A stretch of 32,000 nucleotides of DNA from Kineococcus radiotolerans SRS30216 = ATCC BAA-149 (GCF_000017305.1 NC_009664.2:810001-842000); one strand, 5' to 3'. Positions 7,957 to 18,552 are shown, counted from the first letter of the stretch. Notes: generated from the letters alone by a model not told the origin. Numbers and translations are program-made.

Positions 7957-8612
7957 GAACCGCTCCCCCGTCCGACCGTCCCGACCGAACCGAACGGCCA
8001 GGTCACGGCGACCACCCGCCCGATGACGTCGTCGAGGGACACCGTCCCCCCGCCGGGCGAGCCCAGGTGGGAGCGGGAGTCGACGGAGTCGCTGCGGTGG
8101 TCGCCCATCAACCACAGTCTCCCGTCGGGGACCTCGATGTCGAACTCGACGTCGCTGGGGGCGTCGCCGGGGTGGAGGTAGGGCTCGTCCAGCGGGACGC
8201 CGTCCACCAGCAGGCGGCCCTGCTCGTCGCAGCAGGTGATGCGCTCGCCGGGCAGGCCGACGACCCGCTTGACGTAGTCGGACTCCCCGGGGCGGAAGCC
8301 GAGCAGCTGCGCCACCGCCCCGCCGGCGCGGGCGAGACCCTCGGGCTCGGGGGGCGCGTCGGCGAACGTCCCGGTGCCGTCGAAGACGATCACGTCGCCG
8401 CGCTGCACGTCCTGGGCCGCCACGCGCCACACCAGGACCCGCTCCCCCGGCCGCAGGGCGGGGCTCATGGAGTCGGAGGGGATGGAGAAGGTCTGGACGA
8501 CGAAGGTGCGCACCAGCAGCACCAGCAGCAGGGCGATGGCCAGGACGAGGACGGCGCGAGCGCCCCGGGATCGTCCCCGCTCCGCGGTCCGGGGAGGCTG
8601 GGTGGTCGTCAC
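7953..8612 (-). CDS. lepB: Signal peptidase I, upstream paralogue, 219 aa
   Basis: TM segment AVLVLAIALLLVLLV, the Ser box IPSDSMSPAL, the Lys box [13 protein letters not shown] and box E GDHRSDSVDSR. GTG at 8612 follows AGGAG by 5 nt. Confidence 0.9.
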   Translation of the reverse strand: MTTTQPPRTAERGRSRGARAVLVLAIALLLVLLVRTFVVQTFSIPSDSMSPALRPGERVLVWRVAAQDVQRGDVIVFDGTGTFADAPPEPEGLARAGGAVAQLLGFRPGESDYVKRVVGLPGERITCCDEQGRLLVDGVPLDEPYLHPGDAPSDVEFDIEVPDGRLWLMGDHRSDSVDSRSHLGSPGGGTVSLDDVIGRVVAVTWPFGSVGTVGRGSGS

Positions 8613-8730
8613 GGAGCTCCTGCCTGGCCGGGTGCTGTCACCGCGGGTCGCAGGGGTTCGCGAGGCGGCGGGGCGAGTCTACGCAGCGCCGGGGAGCCCG
8701 CGGGTCGCGCGACACGGGCCGGGACGCACG

Positions 8731-8762
8731 GAGAGCCGGGCCCCCGAGGGGACCCGGCTCTC
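8731..8762 (-). terminator. GC-rich hairpin 17 nt after the rplS stop; a probable intrinsic terminator or attenuator without a U-tract
   Basis: GAGAGCCGGG (8731-8740) and CCCGGCTCTC (8753-8762) are exact complements. Inner CCCC/GGGG pairing extends the stem with one bulge. There is no T-run after it, which is common in high-GC actinobacteria. Confidence 0.5.
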
Positions 8763-8779
8763 GCGCGGTGCTGCCGGGA

Positions 8780-9133
8780 TCAGCCGCGGGGTTCGCGGCG
8801 CTCCTTGATCTTGGCGGCCTTGCCGCGCAGGTCGCGCAGGTAGTAGAGCTTGGCGCGCTTCACGTCACCGCGGGTCACGACCTCGATCTTGTCGATGATC
8901 GGGGTGTGCAGCGGGAACGTGCGCTCCACGCCGACGCCGAAGCTGACCTTGCGGACGGTGAAGGCCTCGCGGATCCCGCCGCCGGTGCGGCGGATCACGA
9001 TGCCCTTGAAGACCTGGACGCGGGAGCGGTTGCCCTCGACGACCTTGACGTGGACGTTGAGGGTGTCGCCGGCGCGAAAGTCCGGGACGTCGGTGCGCAG
9101 GCTGGCCGCGTCGACGTTGTCGAGCAGGTTCAT
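8780..9133 (-). CDS. rplS: 50S ribosomal protein L19
   Basis: 117 aa. MNLLDNVD...[31 protein letters not shown]...[29 protein letters not shown] is unmistakably L19. Confidence 0.97.
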   Translation of the reverse strand: MNLLDNVDAASLRTDVPDFRAGDTLNVHVKVVEGNRSRVQVFKGIVIRRTGGGIREAFTVRKVSFGVGVERTFPLHTPIIDKIEVVTRGDVKRAKLYYLRDLRGKAAKIKERREPRG

Positions 9134-9267
9134 GGTTCTCGCTCACTTCTCCTGTCGACGCCACAGGTCATCGGCACAGGCGTTGGTCCCGCGACGGGTG
9201 GTCCGGTGGGGTCCGCCCCCTGTGGCAGGCGCGCCCTCCGCCGCCCGGGGGCAGCGGTCACCGGCCG

Positions 9268-10107
9268 TCACGGCTCGTTGGTGTCGCTCGAGTCTGCCAC
9301 AGGGTCGCCCCCGGCACGGAATCCGGAGCCGTCCGGGGTCCAGCCGAGCTCGGCCAGGACGGCGAGGTCCCGGGCGTCGCAGCGCTCCGGGTCGAGCCGG
9401 GCCAGCACGTCGGGTCGCCGGGTCGCGGTGCGCCGCAACGCCTCGTCGCGCCGCCAGCGCTCCACCGCCGCGTGGTTGCCGCCGGCCAGCACGGCCGGGA
9501 CGTCCAGCCCGCGCCAGGAGGCGGGCTTGGTGTACGCCGGGTGCTCCAGCAGCCCGTCGTGCTCGGGGGCGTGGCTCTCCTCGGTGAGGCTGGCGGCGTT
9601 GCCGATCACCCCGGGCAGCAGCCGCGCGACGGCCTCGGTGATGGCCAGGACCGCGACCTCGCCCCCGTTGAGGACGTAGTCGCCGAGGGAGACCTCCCGC
9701 ACCCGGACCCGGGTGCGGTAGTGCTCCACGACGCGCGCGTCGATGCCCTCGTAGCGCCCGCAGGCGAACACCAGCCACGGCTCGGCGGCGAGCTCCACGG
9801 CGGCGCGCTGGGTGAAGACCTCGCCCACGGGCGAGGGGACGACCAGCACCGGCCCGCGCGGGTCGGCGTCCTCCGGGGGGTCGGCGAGGACGGCGTCCAG
9901 GGCCTCCCCCCAGGGCTCGGGCTTCATGAGCAGACCCGCTCCCCCGCCGTAGGGGGTGTCGTCGACGGTGCGGTGGCGGTCGTGGGTGTGCTCGCGCAGG
10001 TCGCGGACCCGCACGTCGAGCAGGCCCTGCGCCTGCGCCTTGCCGATGAGGGACAGCTGCAGCGGCTGCAGGTACTCCCCGAAGATCGTGACGACGTCGA
10101 GCCTCAC
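9268..10107 (-). CDS. trmD: tRNA (guanine37-N1)-methyltransferase TrmD
   Basis: [16 protein letters not shown]...[18 protein letters not shown]...[12 protein letters not shown]...[15 protein letters not shown]. The GTG start overlaps the rimM stop (GTGA at 10104-10107). Confidence 0.95.
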   Translation of the reverse strand: MRLDVVTIFGEYLQPLQLSLIGKAQAQGLLDVRVRDLREHTHDRHRTVDDTPYGGGAGLLMKPEPWGEALDAVLADPPEDADPRGPVLVVPSPVGEVFTQRAAVELAAEPWLVFACGRYEGIDARVVEHYRTRVRVREVSLGDYVLNGGEVAVLAITEAVARLLPGVIGNAASLTEESHAPEHDGLLEHPAYTKPASWRGLDVPAVLAGGNHAAVERWRRDEALRRTATRRPDVLARLDPERCDARDLAVLAELGWTPDGSGFRAGGDPVADSSDTNEP

Positions 10108-10628
10108 TCCTCGGGCTCCCCGGGCAGCTCGACGAACAACCCGCCCGGCGGGCTGAGCACGACCTTCCCGCGCTTCACGTCCACCCGCGGGACGAGGGGG
10201 GTGACGAAGGGGACGAGGACCTCCCGCCCGTCGGTCCCGGTGACCACGAGGACGTCCTGCGCGCCCCCGGTGAGCAGGTCCTTGACCGTCCCCAGGGGGG
10301 TGCCCGTCGTGGTGACCGCCGCCAGGCCCTGGAGCTGGTGGGGGTACCAGGCGTCGTCGTCGGGGTCGGCCTCGTCGTCGAGGTCCACGACGAGGCGGGT
10401 GTTGCGCAGCCCCTCGACGGCCGTGCGGTCCTCGACCCCCTGGAAGGTGAGCAGCAGGGTCCCGTTGTGCCAGCGCGCCGTGGCGACCGTGAGCGGGCCG
10501 CGGTCGGGGTCGGTGCGCAGCACCGCGCCGGGGGCGAAGCGGGTGTCCGGGTCGTCGGTGCGGACCTCGACGGTCACCTCACCGCGAACGCCGTGGGGTC
10601 GCCCGACACGGGCGACGACGTACTCCAC
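10104..10628 (-). CDS. rimM: 16S rRNA processing protein RimM
   Basis: 174 aa with an N-terminal [18 protein letters not shown] motif and a C-terminal PRC-barrel-like segment (VLVPFV...[10 protein letters not shown]). It occupies the conserved position between the KH protein gene and trmD. Confidence 0.9.
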   Translation of the reverse strand: MEYVVARVGRPHGVRGEVTVEVRTDDPDTRFAPGAVLRTDPDRGPLTVATARWHNGTLLLTFQGVEDRTAVEGLRNTRLVVDLDDEADPDDDAWYPHQLQGLAAVTTTGTPLGTVKDLLTGGAQDVLVVTGTDGREVLVPFVTPLVPRVDVKRGKVVLSPPGGLFVELPGEPEE

Positions 10629-10657
10629 GTCAACTCTCCAAACGGTCGGGGAACGCA

Positions 10658-10693
10658 GGAGCGCCGGGGTCGCCGTGGCGACCCCGGCGCTCC
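10658..10693 (-). terminator. 17-bp perfect GC-rich hairpin between the KH-protein gene and rimM; possibly an intra-operon attenuator, processing site or stabiliser
   Basis: GGAGCGCCGGGGTCGCC (10658-10674), GT, then GGCGACCCCGGCGCTCC (10677-10693) are exact reverse complements. It sits 14 nt after the KH gene stop and 30 nt before the rimM GTG. No U-tract follows. Confidence 0.45.
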
Positions 10694-10706
10694 CGGGAAC
10701 TGCTGC

Positions 10707-10946
10707 TCAGCGCTTGTCCACGTCGACGAGGTCGACGCGGACCTGCTTGCCGCCGGGCAGCGCACCGATCACGGTGCGCAGGGCCTTGGCGGTGCGACCG
10801 GCCCGGCCGATGACCCGGCCGAGGTCGTCGGGGTGCACGCGGACTTCGAGCAGACCGCCGCGCCGCAACGTCTTCGACGTCACCTGCACGTCGTCCGGGT
10901 GCCCGACGATGCCGCGCACGAGGTGCTCGAGAGCGTCCGCGAGCAC
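10707..10946 (-). CDS. KH-domain RNA-binding protein (UPF0109/YlqC-like), 79 aa
   Basis: VLADALEHLVRGIVGHPDDVQV...LEVRVHPDDLGRVIGRAGRTAKALRTVI contains the KH GxxG loop (GRAGR). GTG at 10946 lies 2 nt after the rpsP stop codon. The ORF-track extension to 11114 is shadow over rpsP. Confidence 0.85.
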   Translation of the reverse strand: MLADALEHLVRGIVGHPDDVQVTSKTLRRGGLLEVRVHPDDLGRVIGRAGRTAKALRTVIGALPGGKQVRVDLVDVDKR

Positions 10947-10950
10947 CGGG

Positions 10951-11346
10951 TCAGGACTCCGACGCCGGGGTCTCCGCCTCGGCGGGGGCCTCGGCCGGGG
11001 CCTCGACGGCCTTCGCCGCGCCGCCGCCGGGGATGCGCGGGGGCTTGGTGTTGGCGGTCGGGACGCGGTAGGTGCCCTCGGCGCCGGGCAGGCCCTTGAA
11101 CTTCTGCCAGTCACCGGTGACCTTGAGCAGCGCGGCGACCTGCTCGGTCGGCTGCGCGCCGACGCCGAGCCAGTACTGCACGCGCTCGGACTTCACCTCG
11201 ATGGTCGAGGGGTCGGTCATCGGGTTGTAGAGCCCGATCTCCTCGATCGAACGCCCGTCGCGCTTGTTGCGCGAGTCGGCGACGACGATGCGGTAGAACG
11301 GCGCGCGGATCTGGCCCATGCGCTTGAGGCGAATCTTGACAGCCAC
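10951..11346 (-). CDS. rpsP: 30S ribosomal protein S16 with an Ala/Pro/Glu-rich C-terminal tail, 131 aa
   Basis: (V)[41 protein letters not shown] is the canonical S16 N-terminus. The start is GTG at 11346. Confidence 0.95.
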   Translation of the reverse strand: MAVKIRLKRMGQIRAPFYRIVVADSRNKRDGRSIEEIGLYNPMTDPSTIEVKSERVQYWLGVGAQPTEQVAALLKVTGDWQKFKGLPGAEGTYRVPTANTKPPRIPGGGAAKAVEAPAEAPAEAETPASES

Positions 11347-11511
11347 GGTGTGGGGTGTCTCCCGGTTCTGAGTGTTGAGCGAACCGCTCGGTGTGGGGAC
11401 GCCGAGAGGTGCTGCTCGTGGACACGCGCGTCCCGGGTGAGAGGGTCCCTGGACGAACGAGTGCTCCAGCATTGTGCCAGAGGTCGACGACGACCCACGA
11501 CACCGCTCCGG

Positions 11512-12591
11512 TCAGGGCAGCAGGCGCCCGCGCAGCACCACCCGCGGGCGGCGCAGCACGCCGAGGTCGGCCCGCGGGTCGCCGTCGAGGACGAGCAGGT
11601 CCGCGCTGGCGCCCTCCACCAGCCCCGGGTGCCCCAGCCACCTGCGGGCCGCCCAGCAGCCCGCGTCCAGCGCGGCGGTCACGGGCAGCCCCGCGGCGAC
11701 GAGCTCGTGCAGCTCGTCCACGACCAGGCCGTGCGGCAGGACGCTGCCCGCGTCGGTGCCCGCGAACACCGCGACCCCGGACTCGTGCAGCGCGGCGACG
11801 GTCGCGTACCGGTGGGCGTGCAGGGACCTGACGTGCGCCGCGTAGGCGGGGAACTTCGCCTCCCCGCGCGCCGCGATGGAGGGGAAGGTGGCGATGTTCA
11901 CCAGCGTCGGCACCACCGCGATCCCGGCGGCGGCCACCCGGGCGAGCACCTCCGGGCGCAGCCCCGTCCCGTGCTCGATGCCGTCGACCCCGGCGGCCAG
12001 CAGGTCCTCGACCCCGTCCTCGCCGAACTGGTGGACGGTCACCCGCGCTCCGGCCTCGTGGGCCGCGGCGACGCCGGCGGCGAGGACGTCGGCCGGCCAG
12101 CAGGGGGCGAGGTCGCCGGTGGAGCGGTCGATCCAGTCGCCGACGAGCTTCACCCACCCGTCGCCGCGGCGGGCCTCGACCCGCACGTGCTCGACGAGGT
12201 CCTCGGGCTCGATCTCGTGGGCCAGCCCGCGCAGGTAGCGGCGGGTGCGGGCCAGGTGCCGCCCGGCCCGCACGATGCGCGGCAGGTCCTCGCGGTCGTC
12301 GATCCAGCGGGTCTCCGAGGCCGACCCGGCGTCGCGCAGCAGCAGCGCCCCCGCGTCGCGGTCGGCGAGGGCCTGCGCCTCGCTCACCGCGTCCTCGACC
12401 CGCCCGTGCGCCCCGATGCCGACGTGGCAGTGGGCGTCGACGAGACCGGGCAGCACCCAGCCGGGCAGGGTCGTGGTGGAGGCCCCCGCGGGCCGGCTGA
12501 GGGTCAGCCGCCCGCCGACGACCCACGCCTGCCCCACGACCTCGTCGGGCCCCACCAGCAGGGGCCCGCTGAGGTGCAGGACGTCGGTCAC
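11512..12591 (-). CDS. Metal-dependent amidohydrolase-family protein
   Basis: 359 aa with the HxH metal motif in LPGLVDAHCHVG and later His/Asp ligands (VTVHQFGE, IEHGTG, AGTDAG). An amidohydrolase occupies this ffh-rpsP position in other actinobacteria (from memory). The substrate is unknown. Confidence 0.8.
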   Translation of the reverse strand: MTDVLHLSGPLLVGPDEVVGQAWVVGGRLTLSRPAGASTTTLPGWVLPGLVDAHCHVGIGAHGRVEDAVSEAQALADRDAGALLLRDAGSASETRWIDDREDLPRIVRAGRHLARTRRYLRGLAHEIEPEDLVEHVRVEARRGDGWVKLVGDWIDRSTGDLAPCWPADVLAAGVAAAHEAGARVTVHQFGEDGVEDLLAAGVDGIEHGTGLRPEVLARVAAAGIAVVPTLVNIATFPSIAARGEAKFPAYAAHVRSLHAHRYATVAALHESGVAVFAGTDAGSVLPHGLVVDELHELVAAGLPVTAALDAGCWAARRWLGHPGLVEGASADLLVLDGDPRADLGVLRRPRVVLRGRLLP

Positions 12592-12604
12592 CGGCGGGAC
12601 CGGC

Positions 12605-14170
12605 TCACTTGCCGAGGAACTTGTCGAACCCCTTCGGCAGGTTCAGGTCGGCGGGGTCGAAGCCCTTCTCGGGGTCGGGCAGCCCGAACGCGGAGCCGGG
12701 CAGGGCGGCGGGCTTGGCGGCCGCGGCCTGCTCCTGCTGGGCGCGCTTGGCGGGGTTGCCGCTCTTGCCCTTCTTGCCCTTGGCCGCGGCGACGCGGGCC
12801 TTCTGCTTCTTGGAGGCCCCCCCGCCGCCCATGCCCGGCATCCCGGGGATGCCGGTGCCGCCGGCCATGCCGTTGCGCAGGGAGCGCATCATCTTCTGGG
12901 CCTGGCCGAAGCGCTCGAGCATGTCGTTGACGGCGGAGGTGCTCTGCCCGCAGCCGGCGGCGACGCGGGCGCGCCGGGAGCCGTTCATGATGCGCGGCTG
13001 GCGGCGCTCCAGCGGCGTCATCGAGCGGACCATCGCCTCGATGCGGTCGAACTCGCGCTCGTCGAAGGCGTCGAGCTGCTGACGCATCTGCGCCATGCCC
13101 GGCAGCATCCCCAGCATCTTCTTCAGCGAGCCCATGTTGCGCACGGCGTTGAGCTGCTGGAGGAAGTCGTCGAGGGTGAAGTCCTCGTCGGCGGCGAACT
13201 TCGCCGCCATCGCCTGCGCCTGGTCGGCGTCGAAGGCCTTCTCGGCCTGCTCGATGAGGCTGAGGACGTCCCCCATGTCCAGGATGCGCGAGGCCATCCG
13301 GTCGGGGTGGAATAGCTCGAAGTCGTCGAGCTTCTCGCCGGTGGAGGCGAACATCACCGGCTGGCCGGTGACCTGGCGCACCGACAGCGCGGCCCCGCCG
13401 CGCGCGTCGCCGTCGAGCTTGGTGAGGACCACGCCGTCGAAGCCGACGCCGTCGCGGAAGGCCTCCGCGGTGGCGACGGCGTCCTGGCCGACCATGGCGT
13501 CGAGGACGAAGAGGACCTCGTCGGGGGTGACCGCGGCCCGGATGTCGATGGCCTGCTGCATCATCTCGGCGTCCACGCCGGTGCGGCCGGCGGTGTCGAC
13601 GACGACGACGTCGTAGTGGTGGTGGCGCGCGTGCTCCAGGCCCTGGCGGGCCACCGAGACGGGGTCGCCGACGCCGTTGCCGGGCTCGGGGGCGAAGACG
13701 TCGACCCCGGCGCGCTCGCCGGTGATCTGGAGCTGGTTGACCGCGTTGGGGCGCTGCAGGTCGCAGGCCACCAGCAGCGGCCGGTTGCCGTTCTGCTTCA
13801 GGTGGCGCCCGAGCTTGCCGGCCAGCGTCGTCTTGCCCGCGCCCTGGAGGCCGGCGAGCATGATCACCGTGGGCGGGTTCTTGGAGAACCGCAGCCGCCG
13901 GGTCTCCCCGCCGAGGATGGCGACGAGCTCCTCGTTGACGATCTTGACGACCTGCTGGGCGGGGTTGAGGTTCTGCTGCACCTCCGCGCCGGTGGCCCGC
14001 TCGCGGATGCGGGAGGTGAACTCCCGCACGACGGGCAGCGCGACGTCGGCGTCGAGCAGCGCCCGGCGGATCTCCCGCACGGTCGCGTCGACGTCGGCCT
14101 CGGTGAGCCGCCCCTTGCCGCGCAGGGACTTGAACGTGGCGGTGAGACGGTCGGAGAGCGTGGCGAACAC
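12605..14170 (-). CDS. ffh: Signal recognition particle protein Ffh (SRP54)
   Basis: 521 aa. It has the N domain (FATLSDRLTATFKSLRGKGRLTE), G-domain motifs GLQGAGKTT, DTAGR and TKLDGDARGG, an M domain with Met-rich segments, and a Lys/Gly-rich tail. Confidence 0.97.
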   Translation of the reverse strand: MFATLSDRLTATFKSLRGKGRLTEADVDATVREIRRALLDADVALPVVREFTSRIRERATGAEVQQNLNPAQQVVKIVNEELVAILGGETRRLRFSKNPPTVIMLAGLQGAGKTTLAGKLGRHLKQNGNRPLLVACDLQRPNAVNQLQITGERAGVDVFAPEPGNGVGDPVSVARQGLEHARHHHYDVVVVDTAGRTGVDAEMMQQAIDIRAAVTPDEVLFVLDAMVGQDAVATAEAFRDGVGFDGVVLTKLDGDARGGAALSVRQVTGQPVMFASTGEKLDDFELFHPDRMASRILDMGDVLSLIEQAEKAFDADQAQAMAAKFAADEDFTLDDFLQQLNAVRNMGSLKKMLGMLPGMAQMRQQLDAFDEREFDRIEAMVRSMTPLERRQPRIMNGSRRARVAAGCGQSTSAVNDMLERFGQAQKMMRSLRNGMAGGTGIPGMPGMGGGGASKKQKARVAAAKGKKGKSGNPAKRAQQEQAAAAKPAALPGSAFGLPDPEKGFDPADLNLPKGFDKFLGK

Positions 14171-14209
14171 GACCCCAGCCTATAGCCGCCCCACCGCCGC
14201 GGCCGCGTG

Positions 14210-16546
14210 CTAGCCCGGGACCTCCGCCGCGTCGGACAGCACCCGGATCGCCACGGCCACCCGCGGGGGCGACAACCGCTCCCCCGAAGCCTCCGCCAGG
14301 TAGAGCACGTCGACGGCCTGGGCGGCGTAGGTCGCCACGTGCGCGGAGCGGATGTCGATCCCCTCCTCCGCCAGCGCGCGGCCCAGCGCGTGCAGCAGCC
14401 CGGGCCGGTCCGCGGCCCGGACCTCCAGCACGGTGGCGCGCTCGGAGGCGCCGGGCAGGATGACAATGCGCGGGTGGGCGACCAGCGAGCGCACCCCGCC
14501 GGCGGGGCGGGGGGTCTGGGCGTCGCGCGCGGCGAGCCGCTCCAGCAGGGCGACGTCCCCGCCGACGATCCGCTCCAGGCCCTGGCGCAGCAGGACCGCC
14601 GAGGGCGGCTCCCCGCTGGGCGACTCCACCCACCAGGAGTCCACGGCCACCCCGTCCAGGGTGCGCACGAGCGCGGAGCGCACGAGGAAGCGGTGACCGG
14701 CCAGCAGCCCGGCGAGGTCGGCGAAGACCCCGGTGCGGTCGGGGGTGACGACGGTGACGACGAAGAACCCGTCGACCTCGCGGACGACGACGCGGCTCTC
14801 CCCGTCGGCGGCGACGGCGGCCGCGAGCGCCTGCTCGGCCTCGTCGAAGGGGGCCGGGCCGGGGGCCTGCTCCCCGGCGAGGCTCTTGCGGGCGCGGGCG
14901 ACGAGGTCGTCGACGAGGCGGGCCCGCCACGGGGACCAGGCCGCGGGGCCGGCGGCGCGGGCGTCGGCCTCGGTGAGGGCCCGCAGCAGCTGCAGGGTCT
15001 CGGCCCGGCCCCCGACGGCGTCGACGAGGGCGGCCACGGTGCGGGGGTCGTCGGGGTCGCGGCGGGTGGCGAGGTCGACGAGGGTGAGGTGCTCGGCGAC
15101 GAGCCGCTCCACGACGGCGGCGTCCTCGGCGTCCAGCCCGACGCGGTCGGCCACGGCCCGCGCCAGCGGCGCCCCGGTGCGGGCGTGGTCCTGGGCGCCG
15201 GGCAGCTTGCCGAGGTCGTGCAGCAGGGCGGCGAGCAGCAGCAGGTCCGGGCGCTCCACCTCGCGCAGGAACGGGTGGGCGCCGACGGCGGTCTCGATGA
15301 GGTGGCGGTCCACGGTCCAGCGGTGGACGGCGTTGCGCTGGGGGCGGTTGCGGATCGCGGTCCACTGCGGGATCCACCGCTCGACGAGCCCGACCATGTC
15401 CAGCGACTCCCAGACGGGGACCTGGGCCGGCCCGGCGGCGAGCAGCTCCAGCAGCGCCTCGCGCGCGGCGGGCGGCCACGGGACGGGCAGCGGGGGGCAG
15501 GTGGCGACGAGGTGCTCCAGCGTGACCGGGGAGAGCGGCAGCCCGACCCGCACGGCGGTCGCGGCGGCGCGCAGCGGCAGGACGGGGTCGTCGGCGGGGC
15601 TGACCCCGGCGCCGAGGACGACCTCCCCGTCGTGCTCGACGAGGCCGTGGCCCAGCGAGCGCAGCCGGGGCCGGCGGCCGGCGGCGCGGAAGCGGCGGGT
15701 GGGCATCGACTGCCGGGCGCGGCGGGTGGTGACGTCGACGGCGGCGGAGATGGTGCGCGCGGCCTGGGCGACGGCGGCCAGCAGGAGGTCGGCGTCGGCG
15801 TAGCCGCAGACGACGGCGGTGGCGTCCTGCTCGGGCAGGACCAGCCGGTCCCCGGGCCGCCCGGAGGAGGCCTGCAGGCCGTCGCGGACGTCGAGCAGGA
15901 CGGTGTGGGCCTCGTCGACGGCGCCGTGGGGGCGGTCGGTGAGCCAGCTCGCGGCCAGCGCGCGCAGCGTGATGGCGTCCCGCAGCCCGCCGCGGGCCTC
16001 CTTGAGGTCGGGTTCGAGCAGGTAGGCGAGCTCGCCGAAGCGCGCGGCGCGCTCGGCGAGGGCGTCGAGGACCTGGGGCAGGCGCCGGCGGGCGCCGGCG
16101 CGCCAGTCGTCGAGGAGGTGCCCGCGGGTGCGGGCCACGAGCCCGCCGTCGCCGGCGACGACGCGCAGATCGAGCAGCCCGGTCCCGGCGGCGAGGTCCG
16201 CGGCGGCGACCTCGCGGCACTCCTTGGCCGTGCGCACCGAGTGGTCCAGGCGCAGCCCCTGGTCCCACAGCGGGTACCAGACGCGGTCGGCGAGCGCCGC
16301 GACGTCGTCGCGGGTCAGGCGCCGGCCGTCGTGCAGGAGGACGAGGTCGACGTCGCTGGCGGGACCGCAGTCGCCGCGGGCCAGCGAGCCCACGCAGGCC
16401 AGGGCGACCCCCGAGCCGTCCCCCAGCAGGTCCGGCGCCCCCGCCGCGAAGGGCGCCAGGGCGTCGTCCCACACGTCGCGCAGCCGGGACTCGACGAGCT
16501 CGACGAGCTCGGCGCGGCGGTGCGGGCCGGGGCGTCCGGCCCGCAC
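14210..16546 (-). CDS. glnD: [Protein-PII] uridylyl/adenylyl-transferase GlnD
   Basis: It has a nucleotidyltransferase N-domain ([19 protein letters not shown]), an HD domain ([12 protein letters not shown]) and two C-terminal ACT-like repeats. It is the last gene of an amtB-glnK-glnD operon. Stop is TAG at 14212-14210. The start is uncertain because homology seems to continue upstream of the first canonical start (GTG at 16546). Confidence 0.9.
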   Translation of the reverse strand: MRAGRPGPHRRAELVELVESRLRDVWDDALAPFAAGAPDLLGDGSGVALACVGSLARGDCGPASDVDLVLLHDGRRLTRDDVAALADRVWYPLWDQGLRLDHSVRTAKECREVAAADLAAGTGLLDLRVVAGDGGLVARTRGHLLDDWRAGARRRLPQVLDALAERAARFGELAYLLEPDLKEARGGLRDAITLRALAASWLTDRPHGAVDEAHTVLLDVRDGLQASSGRPGDRLVLPEQDATAVVCGYADADLLLAAVAQAARTISAAVDVTTRRARQSMPTRRFRAAGRRPRLRSLGHGLVEHDGEVVLGAGVSPADDPVLPLRAAATAVRVGLPLSPVTLEHLVATCPPLPVPWPPAAREALLELLAAGPAQVPVWESLDMVGLVERWIPQWTAIRNRPQRNAVHRWTVDRHLIETAVGAHPFLREVERPDLLLLAALLHDLGKLPGAQDHARTGAPLARAVADRVGLDAEDAAVVERLVAEHLTLVDLATRRDPDDPRTVAALVDAVGGRAETLQLLRALTEADARAAGPAAWSPWRARLVDDLVARARKSLAGEQAPGPAPFDEAEQALAAAVAADGESRVVVREVDGFFVVTVVTPDRTGVFADLAGLLAGHRFLVRSALVRTLDGVAVDSWWVESPSGEPPSAVLLRQGLERIVGGDVALLERLAARDAQTPRPAGGVRSLVAHPRIVILPGASERATVLEVRAADRPGLLHALGRALAEEGIDIRSAHVATYAAQAVDVLYLAEASGERLSPPRVAVAIRVLSDAAEVPG

Positions 16547-16634
16547 CGCCAGCGCGAGTCGCTCGGTGCGCAGGTCCGCGCTCAGCGTCGGCCTGCCCGA
16601 GACGGGTTCACCAGGGGTCTCCTCGGGGTCGGGG

Positions 16635-18307
<1,673 letters not shown>

Positions 18308-18380
18308 GGGCAGCGGAGCCTTCCACGAGGCCGGCGGGGCCGGCGGGGATCGGGGGACGGCCGCCGCGGAGGGGTCGCGA

Positions 18381-18410
18381 GCGGCGTGGAGCGGCGTGGA
18401 GCGGCTCCAC
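18381..18410. repeat. Tandem 10-bp repeat GCGGCGTGGA x2 plus a diverged third unit GCGGCTCCAC, in the amtB leader
   Basis: Read directly from the sequence, 74-103 nt upstream of the amtB ATG. The junction also forms GTGGAG-CGG-CTCCAC, a 6-bp inverted repeat. Confidence 0.8.
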
Positions 18411-18416
18411 CGTGGC

Positions 18417-18543
18417 GTTCCCCCGTTACGAACCCCGGCACGTCGTGTTTCACGCAGGTGACGGGGGCGGTGGGCGTGTGAACATCGCGTTACGCGAGGT
18501 CCGGCCGTCCCTCCCCGTCACCGCAGCGTGACCCGACGGTCAC
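18417..18543 (-). promoter_or_regulatory. Cluster of gTnAC / GaAAC boxes with n6 spacers (11-nt phasing) upstream of amtB; candidate GlnR (OmpR-family) operator region
   Basis: Reading the minus strand: GTGAC-n6-GTCAC-n6-GTGAC (18543-18517), GTAAC-n6-TTCAC (18493-18478), GTCAC-n6-GAAAC (18462-18447) and GTAAC-n4-GAAC (18429-18417). The published Streptomyces/Mycobacterium GlnR box is gTnAC-n6-GaAAC, and amtB-glnK-glnD is a classic GlnR target. Confidence 0.5.
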
Positions 18544-18552
18544 CGCGCCGCG

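Noticed and set aside
9151-9226. Alternative pairings in the rplS leader. On the mRNA, CCUGUGGC (9167-9160) can pair either with upstream GCCACAGG (9226-9219) or with downstream ACAGG, which overlaps the purine tract ACAGGAGAAG. This hints at an L19 autoregulatory leader.
   Set aside because: The stems are only 5-8 bp. The AGGAG tract lies 15 nt from the ATG, so it may not be the functional Shine-Dalgarno. The known L19 leader motif is a Firmicute element that I cannot match here. This is too weak without covariation evidence.
11463-11479. TGGCAC-n5-TGGAG on the minus strand upstream of rpsP, resembling the -24/-12 sigma-54 promoter TGGCAC-n5-TTGC.
   Set aside because: The -12 element does not match TTGC. 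As far as I know, actinobacteria lack RpoN. It more likely forms part of an ordinary housekeeping promoter region in this AT-enriched patch.
9472-12930. 1152-aa plus-strand ORF spanning trmD to ffh. Similar giant ORFs occur at 865-2946(-), 1341-3230(+), 12588-16472(-), 14207-16741(+), 20139-23648(-), 20261-23743(+), 23740-25293(-) and 28157-30541(-).
   Set aside because: They are stop-free shadow frames, expected when third codon positions are nearly all G/C. Their translations are Arg/Pro/Gly/Ala low-complexity strings with no motifs. Each is fully overlapped by a gene with unmistakable homology in another frame or on the other strand.
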